From contig NW_025215189.1 in NCBI RefSeq assembly GCF_004010195.1, forward strand, positions 21,777 to 69,485: a stretch of DNA of 47,709 bases. The letters are read 5' to 3'. Source of the DNA: Chiloscyllium plagiosum. Lineage: Eukaryota. Within the stretch, counting starts at the first letter, position 1. Every line of letters begins with the position of its first letter. Shown here piece after piece: positions 1 through 12,089 of the stretch. The notes under the pieces were generated by a model. It was not told where the DNA came from. It saw nothing but the letters and a program-made list of their open reading frames with translations, and did not search any database. The position numbers and the translations under genes were made by a program.

Positions 1-19
1 TTGCTGCACAGATCCCTGT

Positions 20-510
20 GGTACACCCGCTGGTGAAAGAATTTCAAACACAAAACTTACTCTCCACCGTTGTGCATCCAGGTTACCAAATTGCCTTGGA
101 TCCCATTGGTCTGTTGGACCAGCGTTCCATGAGGGACCTTGTCAAATGTCTTAATGAACTCCATGTAACCCACATCTTCTGCACTGCCCTCATCAAAATC
201 CTCAATCGGAATTTCAAACAAAAATCTCAGCTGAATTTGGGAGAGGATCTTATTCCACCAAATTCGTGATGAGTATCCATAATCGATCTCTGCCTTTCCA
301 AATGTTGATTAATTCTGTCCCTCAGAACTGTGTCCAATAATTTCCCTCTCCCTGCTGTCAGACTATCTGCTCTGTAATTATCTGGCCTATCCCTGCTTCC
401 CTTCCTGAATAAAGGAACCACGTTAGTTATCCTCCAGTCATTCGACACTTCACCCGTAGCCAGCAAATTATTAAATATATCCACGAGGGTTCCAGAAATC
501 TCCTCCTTTA
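20..510 (-). mobile_element. CR1-clade LINE ORF2 fragment (pre-RT/RT), degraded
   Basis: ORF 227-544(-) reads DWRITNVVPLFRKGSRDRPDNYR, the CR1 ORF2 motif WxxANVxPxFKKG..PxNYRP. Confidence 0.9.
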
Positions 511-511
511 C

Positions 512-1990
512 CAGAACAAGGGGGGTGGGTTTGACTTGAACCATAGGGGCATCAGTATCCCTGGGGGGAGATTTGCTTGTCTTATCCCGGAGGGTTTAAA
601 CTAGTTTGGAAGGGTTTTGGACTCTGAGTAAGAGAAGGCCCATTGACCAGTCAACTGAAAAATGCATCAGCCTTCGAGAGCAAGTTTTCTATCCAGGATA
701 TCGAGGTGCACAGTCATGAGAGGGAAAATACTTTTGATTTAACGTGCATTTATTTCAATGCACAAGGCCTGACTGGTAAGGCAGATGTTCTCAGAACATG
801 GATTGGCTCTGGAGGACTGGGATATTATAGCCATAACAGAAACATGGCTGAGACAAGGGCAGGACTGGCAGCTCAGTGTTCCAGGATACAGAAGCTACAG
901 GCGGGACAGAAGGACAAGTAAGTGAGAAGGGGGATTTGTCCCTTTGATATGGGAGGACACGACAACAGTGCTTAGAGAGGATACTCTTTCTGGGTAATCA
1001 AATGAGGCCATATGTTTAGAAATTACAAACAACAAAAGGATGGTCAGTCTGCTGGGATATTGTTCTGGACCCCCAAATAGCCAGCGGGTACTAGAGGAGC
1101 AGATGCGAAGAGAGATTGCAGGTACCAAAAGAAATAATAGGGCAGTATTGGTTCGAGTTTTCAACTTCCCCTATATTGACTGGACTACCCAGAGTGTAAA
1201 AGGCCCGTATGAGGTGTAATTTGTGAAATGTGTCCAAGAAAGTTTCCGACAACAATATGTAGAGGGTTGCGCTCTACTCAGGCGGCTTCAAACGTGATCT
1301 CCCCTCAGAAAACGGGGTTGGGCAAGTGACTGAAGTGGCAGTCGGAGAGCACTTTATGTCAAGTGACCACAGCTGTCTTAGTTTAACTTAGTTATTGAAA
1401 AAGATCTGGCAAGTCCATGTTTTAAGGTCTTAAACTGGAGTAGGGCCACTTCTGGGGCCATTTGGCAGGATCGAGCAGAGGTTGATTGGGTGAATTAAAA
1501 ATCACACAACACCAGTTATATAGTCCAACAGGTTTATTTAGAAGCACCAGCTTTTGAAGTGCAGGTAATCATTCTTAAAGATTAAAACGTAAACTAAACG
1601 TGTTTGATATTACATTCCATGACACTGCTATACTCTTGTTATAAATTCTGTGCCTTATGATTGTGCTCCACCTGATGAAGCAGTGCTCTGACATCTAGTG
1701 CTTCCAAATAAACGTTTTGGACTGTAAGCTGGTTTTGTGAGATTTTTAAGTTTGTTCATCCCAGTCCAACACCGGCTCCACCACATCATGCTCCCATCAA
1801 CTGGGTGAGTCTGTGTGAAGGAAAAGGAATGACTGGCAAATGGGAGGCTTTGAAAAGTGTGATCTCAAGAATCCATTATGTCTCTGATTGAGTGAAGGGA
1901 AAAGCTAGCAGGTTTGGGATCACTGTCTGATGGGGGATATTGAGGCTCTGTTCAATAAAAAGAAGAAGGCACATATTGTCTTCAATGTCT
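512..1990 (+). mobile_element. CR1 LINE fragment (ORF1 end + APE endonuclease), interrupted by a PLE-derived insertion
   Basis: CIYFNAQGLTGKAD (EN start); degenerate GDFNFP.IDW near 1155-1185; SDH motif near 1362; many stops and frameshifts. Confidence 0.85.
1494..1801 (+). mobile_element. Penelope-derived non-autonomous element (family B) with inverted termini, older degenerate copy
   Basis: Starts ttaaaaatcacacaacacc..tagtccaac, has the inverted counterpart ttggactg..gatttttaa and the tail ccagtccaacaccggc, as in the copy at 33804-34023. Flanked by direct repeat tgggtga (1487-1493 / 1802-1808). Decayed ctgatgaag core near 1672. Confidence 0.75.
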
Positions 1991-2614
1991 CTGTGTCTAC
2001 GTAATCTTTTCCAGTCCTAAAGACACGATTACTCAATGGAGACTTTACAATCCTCACAGGTCTCTTCAGCACTCCCGATCTGTAGAATCCACTGAAAGCC
2101 TACGATTCTCTCGATACAGTTCTGAAAAGACTCACTATCTGTGTAACATCATCCCATCGCTAACACACACCCTATCAATGTGAGCTCCTTCTGTATCTCC
2201 ATCCAGTTACTCCTCTCCATAACCTTCTCCAGCTCTTACACCCCTATCTGAGTAAATGTCATCCTCCCATACGACGCTTCCCACTTTGACCAAACTGGAG
2301 GAAGTTACTAATGCTCCCTTATCTGTGAAACTGTCTCCAACCAAAGTTACTGCCCTTCTGGAGTATCTGTCAGTCTCCACACCCTTCATATCTAAATAAT
2401 CTGCAGAAGGAAACCTTCCTATAATCACGACTACCCCCCATATCTCTGTTTGGTCCTCCAGTCTGTACAACCTACTTTATTTCTGTCATCCGCTCCATTC
2501 ACCGAAAACCCTCCCTGCCTGTGTAAACCCTCCATCCTACCAACTTCCTTCTCCCTGTAAACTGCCCATCCCTCCCAACCTCCCCATCTCCACGAACTCC
2601 TGCAGGCCCTACAG

Positions 2615-2797
2615 NNNNNNNNNNNNNNNNNNNNNNNNNNNNNNNNNNNNNNNNNNNNNNNNNNNNNNNNNNNNNNNNNNNNNNNNNNNNNNNNNNNNNN
2701 NNNNNNNNNNNNNNNNNNNNNNNNNNNNNNNNNNNNNNNNNNNNNNNNNNNNNNNNNNNNNNNNNNNNNNNNNNNNNNNNNNNNNNNNNNNNNNNNN
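2615..2797. other. Assembly gap (183 N)
   Basis: Run of n. Confidence 1.
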
Positions 2798-2829
2798 AAA
2801 CCTCTTCCTGTCATTGTAACCCTCCCTAT

Positions 2830-4610
2830 TTAGAACACAGAACAGTACAGCATAGTACAGGCCCTTCAGCCCTCAATATTGTATCCATCTTTTACATGTC
2901 TCTAAGATCAATCTAACCTGCAAACCATTCAAGAAACAAAGAAAATCACAGCACAGGAACAGGCTCTTCAGTCCTCTAAGCCTCCGCCAGATCCTCCGTC
3001 GAAACCTGTCGCCTATTTTGTGAGGATCTGTACCCCTTTGCTCCCTGCCCATTCATGCATCTGTCTGGATCCATCTTAAGTGACGTTATCGTTCCCGCCT
3101 GTACCATCTCTGCTGGCCACGCGTCCCAGTTCCCCATCACCCTCTGCATAAAGATCGTTCCAGCGTATCTGTCCTAAACCTTCACCCTCTCACTTTGAAC
3201 TCGTGACCCCTAGTAATTGAGTTCTTCACTCTGGGGACAAAAGTTTCTTGCTATCCATCCTGTCTTTACATCCCATGATTTTGCAGACCTCAATCAGGTC
3301 CCCAGTCAACCTTCATCTTTCTAACGAAAATAATCCGAATATATTCAATCTCTCCTCGTTGCTAGCGCCCTTTGTACCAGTCAACTTCCTGGTGAACATC
3401 CTCTGCACCCTCTCCAAAGCAATCACATCCTTTTGGTAATGTTGCGACCAGAATTGTATGTAATATTGTAAAGGTGACCGGATCAAAGGCCTATACAACT
3501 GTAACATGACCTGCCAACTTTTGTATGCGATACCCCTTCAAATAAAGGAAAGCATGCCATATGCCGCCGTGACCAATTTACTGTCCTGCGTTGCCACATT
3601 TAAGGAACAATGGGCCTGAATACCCAAATCTCTCTGTACATCAATTTTCCCCAGGAATTTTACATTTACTGTATAGTTCACTTTCCAATTAAATCATCCG
3701 AAATGCATTATCTCGCATTTGTCCGGATTGAACTCCATCTGCCATTTCCCAGCCTGCCTCTCCAATCTATCTATATTTTGCTGTATTCTCTGACAGTCCC
3801 CTTCTCTATCTGCTACTCCACTAATCTTAGTGTCATCTGCAAACTGCTAATCTAGGAACCAATACCTTCCACCAAATCATTGATATGTATCACAAGCAAC
3901 AGTGGTCCCAATACGGATCCCTGTGGAACACCACTGATCACAGGTCTCCATTTTGAGAAATTCATTTTGCTATCATTTATGTGCCTATCTAAAAATTACT
4001 TAAATGTCCCTAATGTATATGACTCTACCACCCACACTGGCAATACAGTCCACTCACCCACCACACTCTCTTCAAAGAAGCTACCTCTGACATCTCCCCT
4101 CAACCTTCCTCCAATTACCTTACCATTTTTCCTCCTGGTTATAGCCAATTTCGCACTTGGAAAAATCTCAGGCCACCCAACCTATGTCTGCCTCTCATAA
4201 TCTCGAACCTCTATCAAGCCACTTCTCATCCTTTTTCATTTCAAAATGAAAAGCCCTGGCTCCCTCAACCTTCCTTCGTTAGACCGTCCCTCCAGACCAG
4301 GCAATATCCTGATAAATCTCCTCTGCAACCTCTCCAAAACTTCCACATTTTTACTCTAATGAGGCAACGAGAACTGAACACAATATTCTAATTGTGGTCT
4401 AACCACAGGATGTATCGAGCTGCAACATAACCTCACAGCTCTTAAACTCAAGGCCCCTGCAAACGAAAGCCGGCACAACATCGGCTGTCTTAACAACCCG
4501 AACGACTTGGTTCGCAACTGTGAAGGATCTCTGGACATTGATCCAAGGTTTTTCTGCTACTCCTCACTGTCAAGAATCCTGCATTAACCCTGTAATATCT
4601 TTCTGCAGAA
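2830..4610 (-). mobile_element. Stacked CR1 LINE 3' fragments (at least two copies)
   Basis: MLQLYRPLIRSPLQYYIQFWSQHY..LERVQRMFTR (3313-3507); reverse complement of [10 protein letters not shown] (cctgtggaacacc) near 3920; second VRPQLEYCVQFSLPH at 4356-4538; agaacacagaac tail at ~2832. Confidence 0.9.
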
Positions 4611-4739
4611 TCCTTCAAACGTAAACACTCCCAATTTTGGTATTTTCCTCCAGTCCCCACTACATTATTAAACTGTGAAACCTCTTCCAGTCCCGACAAT
4701 CCTCCTTAGCTCTGTAACCTCTGTTAGCATCTAGTTGTA

Positions 4740-5485
4740 GTCGTGTGGTTTAGGCGATAGGTTAGAAATCCATTGGGGCTTTCCCACACAGGTTTGAATC
4801 TTGCCCAACAGGGCGATGGGGTTGATCGGTGCCGGTGTCCGGAGGTGTTCTCTAACTTGCTCTGTGAGAAGGTGTCCCATGTCCTCAATGTACAGGAGAT
4901 GAGGAGAATGTGTGCCTTCTCACAGCGCACTTCACAAAAAGTCTCCAGGATACCTGAAAATCAACCCAACGACCGATTGCCAAATATTTCAACTCCCCCA
5001 CCCACTCTGCCGAGAACATGCAGGTCCTGGGTGTCCTCCAACCGCCACTCCCTCACCACCCGATGCCTGGAGGAAGAACGCCTTTTCTTTTGCCTTGGGA
5101 CCCTTCAACCCCATGGCATCAGTGTGGACTTCACCAGTTTCCTCATTTCGCCTTCCCCACTTACCGCAGTACCAACCTTCCAACTCAGCACCACCCTCAT
5201 GACCTGTCCCACCTGTCAATCTTCCTTCCCACCAATCTGCTCCATCCTCCTCTTTGACCTAGAACTCTTACCCCATCTCCAAACATCTTTAGCACTCTCA
5301 CCCCAACCTTCACCCAAACCCCACCCCTTTCCCATTTATCTCTCCACCCCCGAGCCTCCCAGCCTCATTCCTGATTCAGGGCGCCTGCCCGAAAAGTCGA
5401 CTTTCCTGCTCCTCGGATGCTGCCTGACCTGCTGTGCATTTCCAGCACTACACTCTTCGCTCTGATCGCCAGCAGCTGCAGACCA
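4740..5485 (+). mobile_element. Penelope-like element 3' end (GIY-YIG C-terminus + pLTR/tail, family A) with an inverted 5' segment
   Basis: Plus strand: LEEERLFFCLGTLQPHGISVDFTSF. Minus strand ~4840-4900: LLYIEDMGHLLTEQVREHLR, resembling GIY-YIG 'LYIGET.R.L..RF.EH'. Tail with a decayed hammerhead core ctgattcagggcgcctgcccgaaaagtc at 5371-5398. Confidence 0.8.
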
Positions 5486-6345
5486 CAATGTCTCCTGTTT
5501 GTCAGATGGGTCAATGGAGTGAGGAATGGCAGATGGAGATTAATTTAGATAAATGTGAGGTGCTTCATTTTGGAAAAGCAAATCCTCACAGCACTTATGC
5601 ACTTAATGGTAAGGTCTTAGGGAGTGTTGTTGAACAAAGAGACCTTGGAGTGCAGGTTCATAGTTCCTTGATAGTGGAGTGGAGTCGCAGGTAGATAAGA
5701 TAGTGAAGAAGGCGTTTGGTATGCTTTCCTTTATTGGTCAGAGTATCGAATATAAGAGTTGGGAGGTCATCTTGCGGCTGTACAGGACACTTGTTTGGCC
5801 ACTGTTGGAATATTGCGTGCAACTCTGGTCTCATTCCGATCGGAAGGATGTTGTGAAACTTCAAAGGGTTCAGAAAAGATTTACAAGGATGTTGCCCGGG
5901 TTGGAGCATTTGAGGAGAGGCTGAATCGACTGGGGCTGTTTTCCCTGGAGTGTCAGAGGTTGAGGGGAGGCCTTATAGAGATTTATAAAGTCAGGAGGGG
6001 CATGGATAGCATAAACAGACCATGTCGCTTCCCTGTGATGGGGGAGTCCAGAACGAGAGGGCATAAGTTCAGGGCGGAGAGGTGAAAGATTTGAAAGGGA
6101 CCTAAGGGGCAACCTTTTTCATGCAGACGGTGCTGTTTGTACGGAATCAACTGCCAAAGGAAGTGGTGGAGGCAAGTAAACTTACAGCATTTAAAAGACA
6201 GCTGGATGGGTATATGAATAGCAAGGATTTAGTGGGATAAGTGCCGGTAAATGGAACTAGAATAGCTATGATATCTGATTGGGGTGGACGAATTTGACCG
6301 AATGGTCTGTTTCTCTGCAGTACATCACTATCACTCTATAACTCT
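5486..6345 (+). mobile_element. CR1 LINE 3' end, 5'-truncated
   Basis: WQMEINLDKCEVLHFG, LYRTLVWPLLEYCVQLW; 3' tail ctatcactctataactcta. Confidence 0.93.
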
Positions 6346-7027
6346 ATTTTTTTTCCACTGTTCATTTACAGCCTGACATTTCAGTCTGTTTCCTCTTTTT
6401 ACCTTGGTCAGTTCTCCTCTCAAACTCATGTAATTGCTTTGTTTCTGACGCTCGGGTGTGATTTATGGTCATTTGAAAACTTAATAATCTCTTTGAATTC
6501 CAATATATTGCAATTTCCTGGAGGATCTCTGTGTTACATCACACCTTCACTCAGCTTCATCACTCAACGGTCAATCTGAGATCATGATATCCCTAGCCAT
6601 CTGCACAATATGTTATTCAAAGAAACACTGACAAAAAACATTCAAAGAGGAGCTCTGATAATATCAATCTTGTCAGTGTGACTGTCCCAGATCATGCAAA
6701 GATTGAAGTCTTCTAAAACTATCATAATGCCTTTGTTACAAATTCCAATGAATTCCTGTTTAATGCAGGGAGGAACAATGAAATGCTGCGAGGCAGCCGA
6801 AAACAAAAGTTCTTCTGCTTGTGTTTGTGACACATGGGACCCAGAATTCACATTCAGGCTGATTCAGCAATATAATCTGAGGCCAAATGCTTTCTCTGTA
6901 ATGCCCTTGTTATTGATTACTGTCAGGGTTACCCATCCTGTACTTCCATTCTGCCTGAGATCCCAAAAGGTTGTGTACCATTTTATATTTCGTTCCACCT
7001 TTTGTTCACCCTGTAACCACATCTTGT

Positions 7028-7300
7028 GGGCGGCACGGTGGCACAGTGGTTAGCACTGCTGCCTCACAGCGCCAGAGACCCTCGTTCATTTCCCGCCTCT
7101 GGCGACTGACTGTGTGGAGTTTGCACGTTCTCCCCGTGTCTGCGTGGGTTTCCTCCGGGTGCTCCGGTTTCCTCCCACAGTCCAAAGATGTGCAGGTCAC
7201 ATCTAAATTGCCAATAGGTAAGGGGTAAATGTATGGGTGGGTGGCGGGTCGGTGTGGACTTGTTGGGCCTAAGGGCCTGTTTCCACACTGTAATGTCATC
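7028..7300 (+). mobile_element. HE1-like tRNA-derived V-SINE
   Basis: gggcggcacggtggcacagtggttagcactgctgcctcacagcgcc head; V-domain gtggagtttgcacgttctccccgtgtctgcgtgggtttcctccggg; CR1-like tail gggcctgtttccacactgta. Confidence 0.95.
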
Positions 7301-9284
7301 TCTATGCTGACTAAATCCCATTTATCTCTGTGCCACAAGTCTATTACCTTATTGCAGATACTTTGGCAATTCCAAAAAATATATATAATTTATTCTTTCC
7401 CACAATGTCCTGGTTCAAACCAATTCACTGACGTACAGTTTTAGTTAAACTCTGTCCCATTCTGTTCCTTTCTGCTTGTCTTCAGTCACATCCCCATGCT
7501 GTTCCGATGTGTCACCTTTTCTCTTTGGATTTGGAAAGCTCCTTTCACCTGAACCCTGTCCCTGCATCTTCTCTGTCAATTAAAGCCCTGTCCATAAACC
7601 TACCGACATGATTGGCAAGCACACTGGTCCCAACGATGTTGTTTTTACTTCACTCGTATGATTTTGCTGTCTCTGGCTGGCCAGCATTTCATGCCCATCC
7701 CCGAGCTGCCGTTGAGCTGAGTGCCTTGCTAGACTAATACAAAGGGCAGTTTAAAGTCAACTCCATTCTTCTGGGTCAGGAGTCATATGTAGGTCAGACC
7801 ACCTGCCTACCACTAATTTCCTTCCTGAACGAATATTGAGCATTCAGACGCTTTTCCCTTCCACTGGCATTAACTTCTGGATGAACAGGCTTGTGAGAGT
7901 AATGTTAGGCCATCGCCTGGCCCACTGATAGCTCCTTCATCCCTGAGCACTGATCTCAGTGCACCGTGAATCACACCCCTTCTTCTTAACTGTGGTTTGA
8001 TCCTGACACCTTCCAGCAATCTGGTGCTCTAATTCAGTATCTCTCCATGTGATATCTGTCACTGTGATGGTCTAATTACTGCCAGTGAGTGCAGCTTTTG
8101 TAGTTACTCCAGATCCTGAGCCAACAGAATTCTGCACTCTAGGGAGACGCAGCAGCACAGACCAGGGATGGAGACTGGGATTTTCCAGATCTCTGTGGGA
8201 CTCAGTGACATTCTCTATGTGTAACCCTCACTGGATCAGTCTAATTTCCCATTCTGTCTATTTCTCTGTCTCCTGCATATATTCAGGACAGTCCTGACTC
8301 AATAAAATTGCCAACTGCTGGGTGCTTCATCCATCATCTCATTGAACACAGTTGGTCAGCCGGAGGGCAGGGAGATCTGGAATCTTCAATAAATCCTGCA
8401 GCCAGGTAAGATCTCTCACAGTGAAAAGATCAGAGCGAATTTAAGGGATCGACGTTTGGTCCAGAAGACCTGACACAGAGAAAGGGCTGAAGGGTGAATC
8501 AGATCATGAAGGTCCCAGGCTCAATCTCCACTCTCTTGCTAACCTGCATTACTGCAGTTCTGAGCCTTCCTATGACAATATAGGAAGTTCACAGTTATCC
8601 ATCCAGGCCTGTGGTGTCTTAGTGAGCATCAGGACAACGTCTGGGAAAGGAGGCCTCCCTTAAGAAGTTGGTGTTGAAACCTGGGATTTTTCTGTTCCCT
8701 GTTCTCCCTCTCACACGGTCACTTTTCATGTGATAGTCATACAGCAAGGAAACACATCTTTTGGTCAATCTCATCTACACCAGTGTCTTGAAAGGATGTA
8801 ATTGCCAGAAAATTTCCTATTTCTGTAACCTCCACCCCTCCTATTACCCTGCTGTATATTTGAAACCTCCTCCAATTCTGACGATTCTCCCTATTTGTAA
8901 ATTGCTCCAGTCTTGACAACATGCCCATCTCAATAATCCCATCCTGCAGTCAGTACAATAATCTCTATTTCTGTAGTTTTCCACAATAACTGCAGTCCAT
9001 CCTGTCTCTGTAAAATCCTCCAGCTCGCACCAAAATACCCCCCTATGTATCTTCCTCAAGCCCCAAGAGAACATGATATCATTTTACCCTTCTGCAGGAC
9101 CGATCCCATTCTTGTCTCCTGGCCTGCAACACTACACGACCTCTTTAACCATCTCCCATGCCCACCGAACTTCCTATCTGTGTAAATACCTCCAGACTCT
9201 TTTCCAGCGGAAACAACACTCCCCATCTCTGTGCGCTCCTCCCTGCACCTCAAACACCCTCTATTTGTGTAGCTCTGCAGGTTA

Positions 9285-9603
9285 GGTGGCATGGCAGTTC
9301 AGTGGTGAGCACTGCTGCCTCACAGCACCAGATATCCAGAATCGATTCCAGTCTTGGGGGACTGTCTGCATGGAGTTTCCACATTCTCTCTGTGTCTGCA
9401 TGGGTTTCTCCAAGGTGCCCCGTTTTCCTCCCACAGTCCAAAGATGTGCAGGTTAGGTGAATTGGCCATTCGAAACTTCCCATAGCGTTAGGTGCATTAG
9501 TCAGAGGGAAATGGGCCAGAGTGGATTAACCTTTGGAGAGTTGGTGTGGACTTGTTGGGCAGAAGTTCCGTTTGCATGCTGTAGGGAATGTAATAAAATC
9601 TAA
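9285..9603 (+). mobile_element. HE1-like V-SINE, older diverged copy
   Basis: Same head, V-domain and tail with more substitutions. Confidence 0.92.
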
Positions 9604-10019
9604 ACTCTCCCTATGTGTTCCATATTGCTGACCCTAAAAATACCCTCTAACAATTAAACAGCTCCAAACCTCCCAATCTCTGTAAACTACGAATGCTCCA
9701 ACATCTCTCCTTATTGGTGTAACCTCTTCTGGAAATCCTCTCAACATGTGGAGACCCCACAATCCTCCCTCTGTGTGTAATCCTCTCAGGTCACGGCAAT
9801 ACTCCCAACCTGTAGAACCCAGTCCAATGCCTGTGACTCTCCCAATCCAGTTCCTACAAGAGTCACTATCTGTGTAACATTCTCCCGTCACTATCACCCA
9901 CCCTGTCAATGTAAGTTCCTCTAGTATCTCCATCCATCTAATCATCTCCATAACCTTCTCCAGCGCTTGTAGCCCTATCTGAGTAAATGTCACCCTCTTC
10001 TATAACCATCCCTACAGCA

Positions 10020-11250
10020 GGAACCATTCTACAGCTTCAATACCCTCTGGCTGAATAACGTCTTCCAGATCCCCATTCTAAATGGTCGTTCCTTCATTAT
10101 GAAGCTGTGCCCTTGGCTCCTAGTCTCTCCGACTAGAGGAAACATTCTCCCCCACCACGTCCAATCCATCCAGGCACTTCAAGATTCTGTAAGTATGAAT
10201 GAGATCCTGCCACCGCCGCCTCTGAAAATTCATCAAGTACACACCCAGAGACTTCACCTGCTCCTCATATGGCAAACATTTCATTCTTGTAAAACTATTT
10301 CTTGTACTCACTCACATCCTTTTTCCAGACTGTTAAGGCATAACATGTACAGCGTGGCCCCAACACTGACCCCTGCGGAGTTTCCTTCGTCACCAGATCC
10401 CATCGTGAAAACGACCCCTTTATACCTACTCTTTTCTAATTATCAGCCAATCCTCTATTCATATCAAACATGTTGTTCTGAAACTGAAATTTCATTTCAC
10501 AAACACTGCTGAATTTGTTTTCCTGTCACCAGCAGAATACATAAAAGGGAGGAATGGTTTGTCGGGATTTTCAGAAACCTTTCAACAAGGTCCCATTGAA
10601 GAGGTGGATAAGCAATATTGGCAAATCTGGGATTGGAGGGAATGTACTGGCATGGATTGGGAATTCTTTAACAGAAAACTAAGTGGGAATAAATGGATTA
10701 GTGCTTTATCCCCAACTATTCACAAAGGGATTTGATACATTTGATGGATGGACAAAATCTACTGATTCCATGTTTGTTGCTGATACAGAACGAGATGGGA
10801 ATGTGGGTTGTGTGGATGAAGCAAAGGAGACATGAACAGTCCATGAGTTTCCCTCGTACAAATACATTGATGGGATGTGGCCATCACTTGCTTGGCTATC
10901 ATTACCTTCCCATCTGTAATTACCTGGAGAAGGTGGTGGTGAGCTGCCTTCCTCACCCATTGCGGTCCTTTGCGTGTAGGGACAGACACAGTGCTGGCAG
11001 GATGGAGCGTGGTTTTGAGGGCACCTTGGAAATGCTGGTGTTCCCGTGCAGCTGGAATTCCTGTTCTTCCAGGGGATAGTTGCTCCGGGTTTGTGAAGTG
11101 GTGCTCAAAGGGCCTTCCTGAGTGACCTCAGTGCTGCTTGTAGATTTTTTATTTATTTATTCATTCGTGGTCATGAGCATTGCTGTATGTATTGTTGATT
11201 GAAGTTGTCCCTGAGAAGGTGGTTGTGAGCTGCCTTCCTGAACCACTGCA
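10020..11250. mobile_element. Cluster of degraded LINE fragments (CR1 on both strands; CR1/L2-type 3' ends)
   Basis: CR1 3' fragment (-) ~10020-10270; DFQKPFNKVP-like (+) ~10565; gagaaggtggtggtgagctgccttc 3'-end motif at ~10927 and ~11213. Confidence 0.7.
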
Positions 11251-12089
11251 CCAGCTGTTGGAACTGTTGTTATCTGTGTTCATTCCAGCAGACAACATTC
11301 ATGTCTGTAAATACATACAGACAATGCAGCTCTTCCTGTATATGTGGCATCCTTCTCTGCCAACAACACTTATTGTTCATCAGAATGTCTCACCATCTCC
11401 ATTCCCGTCTGTGCTAGTGATCTCTCAAATTTCTTTATTCTTGTTTATACTTCTGATCACCTATAACGTCTTCCATTCTAAATTTCTAACCCCTCAGTAC
11501 CTGTAACTCTCCATATAACTGTATTCAATGACAACACAGGTCGCCTTCCTTAAATCTCTGTGAATTACAGCGGCTGGTTGTTATTGCACTGGTACTTTTC
11601 ATCCTCCTTATCCATCTTAGATCTTCCAGCCCCTGCAATCCCATTAAGTTCAAGGCTCCCATTCTCTGTACCTCCTTACGCCCTGAGGGTCCTTGAACAA
11701 CACGAATGCTTCAAACATCTGTAACCCCCCAGTTACTGCGAGTCTTCTAACTCTGTAACATCCAACAGTCTTCAGGTACCTTACAACACTTACTGGCTGT
11801 TAATTTGCATTTGTTGAAGTCTTCACATCTCAGGAAGCAGCTCACAAAAAGCCCTTCAGACTTTACAAGGCTCCATCACCAACAAGCCACCATGTATCTA
11901 TTTTCTTTGCCACCTTCAGTGCCTGCAACTCTCCCTGTATCTTCCAATAACCTACTTTAGACACTTCAGGTCTGCCTACCCCTGCAGATAACCTGTTCCA
12001 GCCCCAACAGATCGCTCAATCACTGTAACAACCTCTGCATACTCTCATCATCCTCTTTTCCACTGTCTTCCACGCACAGCAGCGATCCT

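Noticed and set aside
2431..2814. 127-aa ORF
   Set aside because: It spans the N gap and is an artefact.
5371..5398. Functional hammerheads at 5371, ~1672, ~21400, ~25450 and ~33900(+)
   Set aside because: Conserved core positions are mutated (e.g. CUGAUUC, CUGAUAA, loss of GAAA), so they are counted only as decayed copies.
4773..5465. 230-aa ORF as a host gene
   Set aside because: Chimeric read-through of an inverted PLE segment, the GIY-YIG C-terminus and the non-coding tail.
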